IMG/VR virus record: IMGVR_UViG_3300048919_000265
DNA: 64,000 nucleotides
Source: a virus
Reading direction: 5' to 3' (one strand)
In this document: in pieces, positions 38,201 to 47,303 of the stretch
Numbering within the stretch: position 1 is the stretch's first letter
How the letters are laid out: the number at the start of each line of letters is the position of its first letter
Program-made: the position numbers and the translations under genes
Notes under the pieces: model-generated
Databases searched by the model: none
Told to the model about the DNA's origin: nothing
What the model saw: the letters and a program-made list of their open reading frames with translations, nothing else

Positions 38201-39612
38201 GCAGTAGCGGAATCCTCTGTAGCATCTTCTCCAGTTTCTGTCGTTTTTGTAGCAGTCTCTGCTGTATTGCTCTCCTGAGTTTGTTGTTGTTGCTGAGCTT
38301 GCTGCTGTTGCCAGTTAACTGAATTCTCCTTGTAAAATCCCCATGAATTTGCATCGTCCCCAACCTGTTTAAAATCTCCTCTATGGGTTACAAATCCAGA
38401 CACATCTTCAGAATCCACTCTATTTATGAATTCCTTAATCGTCAATCTTTTGCCACTTCCCGCATAGGTTGGAAAACTCGCCTTATCAGTAGAGGCATCC
38501 CCAAAAACTGAATCCCACCAACCGGCATCCTCAATGACATATAGCGGCTTACGATAGTCTTTCAATTGGTTATACAAATTCAATATCTTTTTAGATTTAG
38601 TAGCATCTCCCGAAGTCAGATATGCTAAGGCATCCAAGTACTCTTTATCACCAGCGTGGCTAGAGAAAGGCTTGTAGACGGAAGTAGCTGCAATCATGGC
38701 AACATAAGTATCTCGCAATTTAAATTTATTATCCCCATCACCATGTCCTACGGTTGGTTTCCACGCATCAGCTTCGTAATCTGTAACTGAAGCCCCTTCT
38801 TTTGGTTCTACCCATGCTAACTTCTGGATGCTCTTCACAGCACTGTCGTCATAATCGACATTACCAACTTGCACACTTTCTTCTTCCGATAACTGCTTAC
38901 CTTTATCCAATAACTCCGAATATTTTGAGTTACTAATTATACTATTAGCAGCTGTACTAGAAGTTAAGACCGAGGTAGGATCATTATCCATTGTGTTACT
39001 ATCTGTACCTAGCATTGCTTGCATTTCTGCCTGTTCTTGAGTCAATACCTGTAACACACTATAAATGTACCGCAGATTATCTTTGTTATCTGCAATAAAT
39101 TTTTCCGAATCCGCACCTGCCTGGTCATACTCAGCTCTAAATGTTTTTAATACTTCCTCTAAATAGTCAGGCACAGTCGAATTCAAATATTGACTAACAG
39201 CCTTATTAAATCCGCTTGTACCGCCAGTGCCAACAGAAAGCTTCAGCGCTTTATAGTAAAACTTTTCATCGGCTGCAGCTGTTGAATCCTTTGAATATCG
39301 AAGATTAAACTCTGAGTAATTCTGTATTAACTCATCTCGATAAATTTTCTTCTCTGCTTCACTAAATTCTAGGCTAGGAGCTTTAGTCATTAATTCGGTC
39401 CATCTAGTAGATAGCGTTAAGTAGTAGAGATTATACAAGAGACCATATTGCCCCTCATACTTATTCTCAAATGCAGAATTATATCCCTTTATTTTACTTA
39501 CAATCATCCATTTTAGATCTTCCGTATTTGTGGGATCAGCCCTACCAACCGGTAATGGAACACTCATAATAAGAATACATATAGAAAGGAGCACCACCAT
39601 AACCTTTCTCAT
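35236..39612 (-). CDS. Giant multi-pass envelope protein, 1458 aa; candidate VirB6-like component
   Basis: Signal peptide, large extracellular region with poly-Q/Thr-rich linker, TM pair near residue 830, several more TMs near residues 1230-1340. Confidence 0.6.
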   Translation of the reverse strand: MRKVMVVLLSICILIMSVPLPVGRADPTNTEDLKWMIVSKIKGYNSAFENKYEGQYGLLYNLYYLTLSTRWTELMTKAPSLEFSEAEKKIYRDELIQNYSEFNLRYSKDSTAAADEKFYYKALKLSVGTGGTSGFNKAVSQYLNSTVPDYLEEVLKTFRAEYDQAGADSEKFIADNKDNLRYIYSVLQVLTQEQAEMQAMLGTDSNTMDNDPTSVLTSSTAANSIISNSKYSELLDKGKQLSEEESVQVGNVDYDDSAVKSIQKLAWVEPKEGASVTDYEADAWKPTVGHGDGDNKFKLRDTYVAMIAATSVYKPFSSHAGDKEYLDALAYLTSGDATKSKKILNLYNQLKDYRKPLYVIEDAGWWDSVFGDASTDKASFPTYAGSGKRLTIKEFINRVDSEDVSGFVTHRGDFKQVGDDANSWGFYKENSVNWQQQQAQQQQQTQESNTAETATKTTETGEDATEDSATAKTTEAVQPSTTPTNLTAGEAVKPVVTMADEQVNSTDWTSSLFEFGYADGYPITGLALLKNFIKQNITAANIEHADSRSVFINAFGDIVADDNMIIIPAAANPMLYDETMGYNPYTVAFMNGYPSIYIPEGSKDLKLGSPQDEGKFLLMTEGESLDSKPIFINVQGDQNLSISHAKQSIAIYRDFVDVGQGKSPMLARSEAGIPGWWDRRAGMLNFYTDDMRAVVINSAVLPNKVPVFPYTTSQDTNRSLRNLIAYNMYWSYINSGNSESANFNGRLREDYIFRNILVEGLGGSIYASAYDRNMTESYTKMSDDEYNRFKRNFVKFSRDILESLGKVDGVLGIKNQYQDPILGKVMTVVRDYFWYVFVLLALILLVKFMRMRMTLLYMLIFSVFAATTIFLFIRVFPVYLPGVYNLAANNISKNLSYQVLATKAEKYATTYGKDGTIGPDGKLSISTTSLNLYKLSDKDLQTVADRYKLSVRELSSGKVTMLDSKNGIYLEGDTLKVNVDTLMANNPITGAYDPDQGTSRYVYTAQKMNSSVLDYYTPYYEVVDGFTGTLNKLLEVYNIPKHSTKYKDGLEKDSFVVYSYINSIPFLTPEDFSKANDGASPEELAKLKSVFQTPGDFLGLNEIISKPTPEVKETLWYQTLEQNGFLSNTQESKEKYRNLITDVNYQTKKFIIDFKPQVGMMSDENLIKIISIYATTILNQKASEYANWLYPFSLNYQEFTMKDVMLAAMTDDYSRFIAEDMDVATYVANETDIFTLLVFLLVLLFAFLIVLCTQFLVPVLYIGLGLLLIGRYVAGEKVWPALAGYIKVSLILLLCFTVFVWSLGASTYFNIYVVIYGLCIIFGLILFILSQIVSAIIFNWTEMGNSKINDKLKWLLDKVHLGEVVDNLKVKTTNIFNKNEEVVAVPQDQTNRYDLSISLSEMEDAAVDDEYIRRTLRRNRKPIRTETYVSASSEISKSDSGNDFTHGALEEDIKRYKN

Positions 39613-39803
39613 AACATCACCTTACCTCTAATAATCTCTGGTATTTTCAGTATACCTAACCTAATATAATTATGATAGGCATTAAAAGATGCTAATCTAC
39701 TCCTAGCTAAACTTTGGTATGAAGTTGTAATTAATTTCGTAAAATTACTATTTCCTGATGATCTATAACAAAACAAACTTTCTAACCTGCTTAATGCCAT
39801 CAT
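39609..39803 (-). CDS. Small basic hypothetical protein, 64 aa
   Basis: Strong RBS AGGAGG; ATGA-type overlap with the 1458-aa gene. Confidence 0.55.
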   Translation of the reverse strand: MMALSRLESLFCYRSSGNSNFTKLITTSYQSLARSRLASFNAYHNYIRLGILKIPEIIRGKVML

Positions 39804-39849
39804 TACCCTCCTACAATAAAAATTATATTCAGCGCACAGTTTAACGCCG

Positions 39850-39878
39850 TATGTAAGTTAGGCAGAAACCTGCCTAAC
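39850..39878 (-). promoter_or_regulatory. Hairpin + TACATA motif, copy G
   Basis: Minus strand GTTAGGCAG-GTTT-CTGCCTAAC-T-TACATA; 46 nt before the ATG at 39803. Confidence 0.6.
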
Positions 39879-39883
39879 AAGTG

Positions 39884-41071
39884 TTACTTCTCAGACTTAG
39901 GTACCACAAAGAAGTTAGCATCCGAAATCTTATCTTTACGAACAATAAGATGAATGGTCAAGTTATCACTAGTGCTACCATCCGAAGTCTTAGCTAAGTT
40001 TAAACCCTTCAAGAAATCGTTCTTGATATTAGCAGAAACACTAGAACTTTGTCCGATACTAGTACTATTATTAACAATAAGATCATAGCTAAGGGCACTA
40101 ACATCCGCATCATTTGATACAGTAATTTGGTTCTTTGTACTATCAGCTGCACTTTTTCTTGCTAACTCTTGCAATTTACCATTACTGGAACTATAAGACC
40201 CACCAACAACATTAGTCCAAACCCAGTTTTCTACATTTTTACCTACAACAAGTCTGGAGTCCGTATCCAAGATATTCATGCGGCTAAGAACCTTACCATA
40301 AATATCTCTAGAGATTCTTTCTGCCAATTTACCCGTTTCTGTATTATTTGTACCAATAGTAAACTTATAAGAATCACCTGTACTTAACACGCTATTAACA
40401 TAAGACTCAAAATTAATGTCTACTGCCTTATCAGCAGCGGCAGCTAAAGCATCAACTACTACACCATATGCCTTGGCAAGTGTACCACTATAACCAATTG
40501 CAAAAAAGAAAACCAACAAAACCGTAGGAATGGCAGTTTTCATCATGTAAGTTAATACAGAATCATCATCTTGCAAATTATATGCCATTTTATCGGGATT
40601 ATAATCGGAATAAGCTCTAACATTCGGAAGAAGTCCATAGAAAAATCCGATAATGACGTCGAAACCTACACCTCGATTACCATTATATAAATCACGACCC
40701 ATAGCTCCGAATCCGAAAAATTTATTACCCTTTGCACTGTTTTTCATATCCCATACATTATCAAACAGAGCGCGGCTACTTAAATACAATAATGTAATAA
40801 GCCGTTGATAAAAAACCATGCACAAACCAATCAAACAAAATATACTTATAATTGAGTTCATCAACCAACCAACCCAATTGAATTTGTTTATCACTTCCCA
40901 GGACCCCTGGAAAGATTTAGTCCTAAACAAGTCTGTAATACTTTCTCCTTCTGCATGAATCAGTCCGTGGCTACTACCAAGCAACACGAGACTAATAACC
41001 CCTACAACCATTAAGACAAACATCCTGTCTAAAGTTCTTTGATTGGGGAGAGGCATTGTAGCGCTATACAT
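39884..41071 (-). CDS. Membrane protein, 395 aa, in the conjugation-like cluster
   Basis: Signal/TM, further TMs at ~70-95 and ~175-200, Ser/Thr/Asn-rich extracellular C-terminal half. Confidence 0.75.
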   Translation of the reverse strand: MYSATMPLPNQRTLDRMFVLMVVGVISLVLLGSSHGLIHAEGESITDLFRTKSFQGSWEVINKFNWVGWLMNSIISIFCLIGLCMVFYQRLITLLYLSSRALFDNVWDMKNSAKGNKFFGFGAMGRDLYNGNRGVGFDVIIGFFYGLLPNVRAYSDYNPDKMAYNLQDDDSVLTYMMKTAIPTVLLVFFFAIGYSGTLAKAYGVVVDALAAAADKAVDINFESYVNSVLSTGDSYKFTIGTNNTETGKLAERISRDIYGKVLSRMNILDTDSRLVVGKNVENWVWTNVVGGSYSSSNGKLQELARKSAADSTKNQITVSNDADVSALSYDLIVNNSTSIGQSSSVSANIKNDFLKGLNLAKTSDGSTSDNLTIHLIVRKDKISDANFFVVPKSEK

Positions 41072-41086
41072 CGAGTTTCCTCCCTA

Positions 41087-41431
41087 TCAGATAAATATTA
41101 AGTCGATAACCTTAAATATACTTCCGTTAATCATAAAACAAAAAATTGGGAAGCTAAGAAATGTATACGGAATAGCAAACATAAAATATCGTCCTAAAGT
41201 GATTTTATTTTTACTCTCCAATAATCTTATTAGCCCCAATTTATAAGTTACTTTTTGCAAATACAACAATTTAGTCTCATAACCGGTTCCAGATTCGCGA
41301 ACACTAATATCATTTAACCATTTTTTATCCAAAGACATGTAAAATAGTCCAGAATATAAAACTACTACAGTCACCATTAATCCTAACAAACCCACGATAG
41401 CAGTGACGAGAAAAATAATCTCCAAAATCAT
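41087..41431 (-). CDS. Small two-TM protein, 114 aa; candidate VirB2-like pilin
   Basis: Two TMs; shares a Y.M..AIP...F..F...G...K motif with 39884..41071. Confidence 0.55.
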   Translation of the reverse strand: MILEIIFLVTAIVGLLGLMVTVVVLYSGLFYMSLDKKWLNDISVRESGTGYETKLLYLQKVTYKLGLIRLLESKNKITLGRYFMFAIPYTFLSFPIFCFMINGSIFKVIDLIFI

Positions 41432-41437
41432 AACCTC

Positions 41438-42037
41438 CTAATTAAAATATCCTTTAACGATGAATGTTGCCAACACATATGAAATTAACATGAGAGGCAA
41501 TACTAGTTTTCCGTTAACTCGTTCTCCTGGTCTTAGAATTCTTAAAGAGATGTGTGAAATAATTTCTGATAACTTTAGGTTAAGAAATTTTATTCGTTTA
41601 TGCAGTACTATCCTAAGCCAGGCAACTTTTCTTGCAAACATTGTTACAATAGCAAGACCTAACATTGTGTACAATAAATAAGCTACAACATAAATCAAAT
41701 GCTCCTTCCACACTCCCGATACCATACTACCTAAAAATCCTAAACTAATAACACTCGAGAGGAAGGTCTTCCTAAAATAACGCAAAGGCTTTTCTCCCTC
41801 CCATAATCGGTAAGGGTAAGGGAAAGATCTAAAATCAGATCTTTCCCTACAATCAGGAATCATCTTATAACACCACAAATTAAACTTATCCATTGTAGTA
41901 GTGACTCTTCCTTCGTGATATTGCGGATAATATATTCTATCTGGTGTAGAAGTGCCATCATGGCAATAGCGAATACTTATATAAAAATAAGTATAAAATC
42001 TTCTACGCAAGATAAGAAACATGCATAACCCACACAC
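41438..42037 (-). CDS. Multi-pass membrane protein, 199 aa
   Basis: Three TM segments in the C-terminal half. Confidence 0.7.
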   Translation of the reverse strand: MCGLCMFLILRRRFYTYFYISIRYCHDGTSTPDRIYYPQYHEGRVTTTMDKFNLWCYKMIPDCRERSDFRSFPYPYRLWEGEKPLRYFRKTFLSSVISLGFLGSMVSGVWKEHLIYVVAYLLYTMLGLAIVTMFARKVAWLRIVLHKRIKFLNLKLSEIISHISLRILRPGERVNGKLVLPLMLISYVLATFIVKGYFN

Positions 42038-42073
42038 GACCTTAACTCCTAATTCTACGTGATCTAAAATATT

Positions 42074-45000
42074 TTAAGCACCTCCAGATTTGATTACGTC
42101 TAATAAAACATAAATAATAATAAACATAATCAAATTAGATATAACCAGTCTGTAAATTGGTATAGGAGTATCTAAATTGTACATCCGTAAAGAAATGAGT
42201 CTTATAACATCAACTCCCTTCCTGTCGGATCCTCTTATTGGATTCTTTATTAAATCCAAGATGGTATAGCCAATCTTGTAATTAACAATTGCGAAACAAA
42301 TCCAAGAGATTATAATCAAATAGCTTAAAAAATAACACAAGGATAATCTAATGAATGATATTAGATCTCCTCTAAACGCTTGCTCGTACATATTAAGAAA
42401 CTCTTGTTTGAGGTCTGCGCTTTTAGATAACACGTTAAAGTTACTCTTATTTAGCATGAGAAACATATCATCTTTTTCTCCTAATGATAGGCTTTCATCA
42501 AAAAACGGAACGTTATCAATATATCCCTCAGAAAGAGTATTAGTGCTAAGCAATAATTGATAAGTTTTAGTGTCCTTATCAATAACACGTGCAAGTAGAT
42601 TCTTATCTAGCGAAATTCTAAATATCACTGATTTCAAAACTGGAACCTTCTTATTACTGTACGATGTTTTAGAGTAAGCTCCTGTTTTATCACTTGTGGC
42701 TATAAAAGCTCCACTACTTGAACTCTCATTACCAATAAGAGTCTTGTTTAAAACCATGCCGGTGATCGGAACACCTAGTGCTGGATTCTTTATGAACGCT
42801 AACAGTGGTATGTCCTGGTTACTAACTTTAACAACATAACCAGTAAACATTTTACTAACCGCATTCTTAACTGTATCCGCATTAGTCGCATCTCTAACCA
42901 CTTTTTGCCAAGAAGTTAAGTTAGTTTGTGGTTGTGAGACAAAATAATCTCCACTCTTTACAAACTCCATATCTCCTACAATCAACTTACTTCCGTTCTC
43001 AAGAGTATTGGGATCGACTGTACCTACGTTTTTAGAAATCATTGAATCGATCAACCCTTGATTCAATCCTGAAAAATAGACGTTACCAACTTGCAAATAT
43101 GGAGATGTTTTACGAGAAACTAACACCCCTCCATCTGTTACACTCCAGTAATTAGAATCTATAACAAATTTCACATGGGCATTCACAGTTTTACCTTTAA
43201 CTTGCTCTAGGGTATAAGAAGCAGAACGGTTAGACGCATTGAAATCTTTAAACGGAGTGCTTTGGACACCGTACCCTTTTGTCGCACTGTCTAGAAAGTA
43301 TATTGCTTTCTGCATAGCCCCCGATGGTAATTGTCCAGTAACACCATCAGAATCTTTAAATGGTACCATTGCTTTGTCATAGTTCTGTGCACTCAGCGAG
43401 ATTGGGCTAAATATAGTTCTTAAAATATTATATCTACTTTCAATAGCATTACTGGAAACAGAACCCTTATTCCCATTCGCAAATGATACATTGCCTTTAA
43501 TCTCATAAAAAGTTTTACCGCGCTTAGTTGTGCTAATTGCTGTACCACTAATAACATTAGTGTCAATCAATGTTATTTTATTTCCCGATATAGAATCTAC
43601 GTAAAATTTATAACCTCCGGCAGTAACATAACTCTTCTCCCAATAATCTCGCTTATTCTCTGCTGTGCGTGTTTTAATTTTTACAGATCCGTCATACGAC
43701 ACTGGGAAATTTCCATCAGTTGGATCGACCATTCTATAAACCGCATCATTCTTGGTAACAACATAAACAGAATCTCCAGTATTATAAGAACGACTTCCTT
43801 GTGCCACATCTCCGGTTCCTTGCTCTACATCCAGCCTCCGATCACCCATGAGATAGCGCCAAAGAGTACCGTTTTTATACTTACTTCCACCAGATTCAGG
43901 AACCATGCCCATGTTTTCTGATGTTTTACCTTGCGAGTTATTAAACATAGCGTAAACCCACAAAGGATACTCCTTTTGTGGGAAATTATCCGGAACTGGA
44001 TAATAAAAACTAGAGCCGTTACCAGCATCAACATACTTTCCATTCCCTTGAGGTATGGTATTATAAGTTTGCGTGCTACCCATAAAGCGAGTAACCCAAC
44101 TACTAGGTATCTCAGCCCCTACCTGCTTAAATATACTACCTAAAAATCCACTGGAAACCACATTATCTTTGTCATAAAGGACAGTGACATTAGGAACTAG
44201 ATACCCGCTCTTTATATATCTCGTGCCTGAAGTCCCGTAAATTATATTCGCAAACGCATTAGACAGTTCTAAATTGTTATCCCACCAGTCTGCTAATTGC
44301 TTGTCTTCGGGACGTTCAAACAAAAACTTATTGACCTCTTTCAAAGACGGATTAGGATTAGAATACAATGGAGCTGTAAAACTAGTATTCTTATCAGGCA
44401 TCTTATAAACTAAGTGAAGTATAAGTGTAAACTTCATATCCTCACCTTTACCAGATTCGTCTTTCTTGCTAAAGGTTCTAATTAGAAAATTGCTTGCAGA
44501 AGTAAGTTGAGATATATTTACAAATTCAGAAGTTACTGTTGGCGCCGCTGCACCAACATCTCCCCCACCCGCAAACTTACCTTTAAATTTAGCCACATAC
44601 GTACTCGCAATTTTATTACCCGTACTACCTAATACAGGCGCTAGATGCTCATCATAGATATTTTTAGTTAAGTATAAGCTATTCGGATCCAAAGACGAGA
44701 TATACGCATTACTCATTAGCATTTTTATAACATCTAAATTATAATAGATTTCTCCGCCCACACTACTAACCATCACATCCTCAGTTTGAATAACATGTGA
44801 GCCGACCAGTGCTATATTCTTGTCCTGTAAAAGTATAGCCATTGCACCAGTTCTCTTGTTCTTTAATAGCTTATCTTCCATGATAACGATATCACTTTTT
44901 ATGTTTTTGAAAGAACTGGCCGGGACCAAAACAACTTCCTGTCCACTATCCGTATACTTGGTCACCGCTGTTATATACTTAGTGCTGAACAAGCTATCAG

Positions 45001-46852
45001 TAGCAACTTGCAAATTCCCGTCTACCGTACGCAAAGCGGTTGTAGCATTACTAGCATTAACCTTAAATTTAACTTCCCACTGATACTTGCTTTTCGCACC
45101 TGCTGGCACAGTAGCACTTATCAATTCCGGAAACTTACTTTTGTTAAATTCCTTGCTAGTCATTAATACGCCTTTATATTTATACTTACGATAATCATCA
45201 AACACCTTTTTTATCTCATACTGGTTTGGGGAAGTCACAGCAGGAGCAGCGAAATTAGTCTTTTTGGTATAAACCTTAAACCCAAACCACCTGCTCTCCT
45301 CAATACTAGCTTGCGGCTTCGCTGTACTACTTTCTATCAGATCAACCGCTTCTGTTTCAGCTTCTGGTATAGGAGAAACTGAATACGACCCTGACTCATC
45401 CTTAAGCTGTGTTGTTTCCTCCACCTTCTCAGAATTAATGCTTACCTGAAGCTGACTAAATCCTTTTTGGAGCCAAAAATTATCCGAATCAGTTAATTGT
45501 ATCTCGGAAAATTTAGTTCTAGCTTCCTTATTAGCCAATCGGTATAATAATTTGTAAGAAAATTCCACAGTCAAATTTCCATACAAATTTCTGTATTCCG
45601 TAGGATCTTCAAAATTCAAAATACCTTTAGCCGTTAAGAACATTACAGTTTTACGATCCGCATCTGTCAATCCATCCAAATAATTAGCACCATATTTATA
45701 GGTAACTATTTTTGCTTCTGTATCTGTCATATCCTTTTCAGTTAAGCGAAGCATACTTTCTACATACTTCAAAGCAGTCATAGAATCAACTGCTTCGTTC
45801 ACGAAATAATTTGGAGTCGTCTTATCTATAACAACAGTAGATCCCTTGTTCGCGCTACCTCTGCTGCTGCCGTCTGCGATACCTGTTATATTATAACTCT
45901 TACCCAAAACCCGGCTACTACTTAGATAATCAACTAAGTCATTTGGCTGATCTTTTCCTGCCATAGCCATGAATGGTGCTAATCCATTATACCATAAGGG
46001 ATAAATATTAGAGCCTTTACTGGAGGAGACTTGAATCTTTTCATATCCCTCCTTAAAGCGTAAATCTTTAATATTCGACATGTCGATAATTTTCTTATCG
46101 ACTAATTCTTTTAAGTATAACTCATAAACATTAGGACTAACATAACTATAATAATCCCCTTCAGGAAATTCACGCTCAACATCCTCTTGCGCGCCATAAG
46201 GAGTGTAGGCATACTCGTGACCTGTTTCCGAAACTACTTGTCTCTCCCTCGGTCTATACTTCTTTTCCCTATTCCCATCTTCGTCTTGTGTATAATAAAT
46301 CTCTGATGCTTCGCGCCAAGAAGAAATGTTAAACACTAAAGGGCGACTTTCTATAACCCCATACAACGCTTTATAGGCACCCATCAAAAAATCACTTCTT
46401 GTGACACTAACATTAGGTTCATTACGATCATACAAAACTGGTTGCTTGCCTACTGTAACACCCGAAGCTTTTATCGTTACCTCCGGATCTCTGCTTACAA
46501 TATTATGCTCTATAAGCCAATTCAACTCTTTGTCCGATAAGCTCGTTGTTAAGGGTTTAAAATTCTGGGAAGAAAAAACTCCCTGCCCTTCAGCAGACTC
46601 TGATCTAGGAATAGTCAAATTATTACTATTCCGTTCTATATTATCCTGAATCACTTCTTTACTATTGGATGCAGCCACAAGTTTTTTCCCTTGCTCCGAC
46701 AATCTATCAGTTGTTATCTTATAATCTATCTCCCGTTGTTGATTGTTAATACTTCTTACTCCGGTCACAGTTGAAGCAGCTTCTGCAACTCCCGAGAACA
46801 AAAATAGCGAAACTAACATCAGTGCTACACTACGGTGTTTAATCTTCATCAC
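42074..46852 (-). CDS. Giant secreted/membrane-anchored surface protein, 1592 aa, with SLH-like motifs
   Basis: Signal peptide ending AEAA; SLH-like WLIEHNIV...VTRSDFLMGAYKA and FLTAKGIL...LTVEFSYKLLYRL; C-terminal TM pair. Confidence 0.65.
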   Translation of the reverse strand: MMKIKHRSVALMLVSLFLFSGVAEAASTVTGVRSINNQQREIDYKITTDRLSEQGKKLVAASNSKEVIQDNIERNSNNLTIPRSESAEGQGVFSSQNFKPLTTSLSDKELNWLIEHNIVSRDPEVTIKASGVTVGKQPVLYDRNEPNVSVTRSDFLMGAYKALYGVIESRPLVFNISSWREASEIYYTQDEDGNREKKYRPRERQVVSETGHEYAYTPYGAQEDVEREFPEGDYYSYVSPNVYELYLKELVDKKIIDMSNIKDLRFKEGYEKIQVSSSKGSNIYPLWYNGLAPFMAMAGKDQPNDLVDYLSSSRVLGKSYNITGIADGSSRGSANKGSTVVIDKTTPNYFVNEAVDSMTALKYVESMLRLTEKDMTDTEAKIVTYKYGANYLDGLTDADRKTVMFLTAKGILNFEDPTEYRNLYGNLTVEFSYKLLYRLANKEARTKFSEIQLTDSDNFWLQKGFSQLQVSINSEKVEETTQLKDESGSYSVSPIPEAETEAVDLIESSTAKPQASIEESRWFGFKVYTKKTNFAAPAVTSPNQYEIKKVFDDYRKYKYKGVLMTSKEFNKSKFPELISATVPAGAKSKYQWEVKFKVNASNATTALRTVDGNLQVATDSLFSTKYITAVTKYTDSGQEVVLVPASSFKNIKSDIVIMEDKLLKNKRTGAMAILLQDKNIALVGSHVIQTEDVMVSSVGGEIYYNLDVIKMLMSNAYISSLDPNSLYLTKNIYDEHLAPVLGSTGNKIASTYVAKFKGKFAGGGDVGAAAPTVTSEFVNISQLTSASNFLIRTFSKKDESGKGEDMKFTLILHLVYKMPDKNTSFTAPLYSNPNPSLKEVNKFLFERPEDKQLADWWDNNLELSNAFANIIYGTSGTRYIKSGYLVPNVTVLYDKDNVVSSGFLGSIFKQVGAEIPSSWVTRFMGSTQTYNTIPQGNGKYVDAGNGSSFYYPVPDNFPQKEYPLWVYAMFNNSQGKTSENMGMVPESGGSKYKNGTLWRYLMGDRRLDVEQGTGDVAQGSRSYNTGDSVYVVTKNDAVYRMVDPTDGNFPVSYDGSVKIKTRTAENKRDYWEKSYVTAGGYKFYVDSISGNKITLIDTNVISGTAISTTKRGKTFYEIKGNVSFANGNKGSVSSNAIESRYNILRTIFSPISLSAQNYDKAMVPFKDSDGVTGQLPSGAMQKAIYFLDSATKGYGVQSTPFKDFNASNRSASYTLEQVKGKTVNAHVKFVIDSNYWSVTDGGVLVSRKTSPYLQVGNVYFSGLNQGLIDSMISKNVGTVDPNTLENGSKLIVGDMEFVKSGDYFVSQPQTNLTSWQKVVRDATNADTVKNAVSKMFTGYVVKVSNQDIPLLAFIKNPALGVPITGMVLNKTLIGNESSSSGAFIATSDKTGAYSKTSYSNKKVPVLKSVIFRISLDKNLLARVIDKDTKTYQLLLSTNTLSEGYIDNVPFFDESLSLGEKDDMFLMLNKSNFNVLSKSADLKQEFLNMYEQAFRGDLISFIRLSLCYFLSYLIIISWICFAIVNYKIGYTILDLIKNPIRGSDRKGVDVIRLISLRMYNLDTPIPIYRLVISNLIMFIIIYVLLDVIKSGGA

Positions 46853-47303
46853 CGCCCAAAAATTTCTTTTTAATTCTCAATTTTATTGGAATATTTTTAA
46901 AACTTAATAATAAATCTCTATTACACTCAACAATTGTAAGATGATATTCAATAAACTCCTTGTGCTTTATAATTTCTCTAAGGGTTTCTTCGTACTCACG
47001 AGGAATTTGAAAATCCGCTTCCCTCACCGTAGAATCCATTTTCGCGCCATTCACATTCAATATAAATTCCTGATAAATCTTCTCTAATATCAGGCCTTTA
47101 AGCATTTCTTCACGCTCAGTTCTCTCACGATACTCTTTTTCTAAACGTTTATCTCGCTGATACCGATATAACCTAGTTTCACGATACTTATACTGAATGC
47201 CTACCATTATGCGTTGGAGAGGTCGTAGACTAGGTGGGTCTATCTGCCCATCTAAGTCTACGACCTCTCGTAATTTAATTCTCATCCCTAGCCTCCTTAC
47301 CAA
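46839..47303 (-). CDS. Hypothetical basic protein, 154 aa
   Basis: ORF track; overlaps both neighbours. Confidence 0.7.
   Translation of the reverse strand: MVRRLGMRIKLREVVDLDGQIDPPSLRPLQRIMVGIQYKYRETRLYRYQRDKRLEKEYRERTEREEMLKGLILEKIYQEFILNVNGAKMDSTVREADFQIPREYEETLREIIKHKEFIEYHLTIVECNRDLLLSFKNIPIKLRIKKKFLGGDED

Noticed and set aside
38275-38315. CAA/CAG-rich tract as a contingency repeat
   Set aside because: It encodes a mixed-codon poly-Gln linker (QQQQAQQQQQ) in the 1458-aa protein; unit changes would stay in frame.
3857-39855. TACATA as a sporulation sigma (SigK/SigE) -10 element
   Set aside because: SigK needs CATA-N3-T, which only two of seven checked copies satisfy, and the -35 position is occupied by unrelated hairpin sequences.
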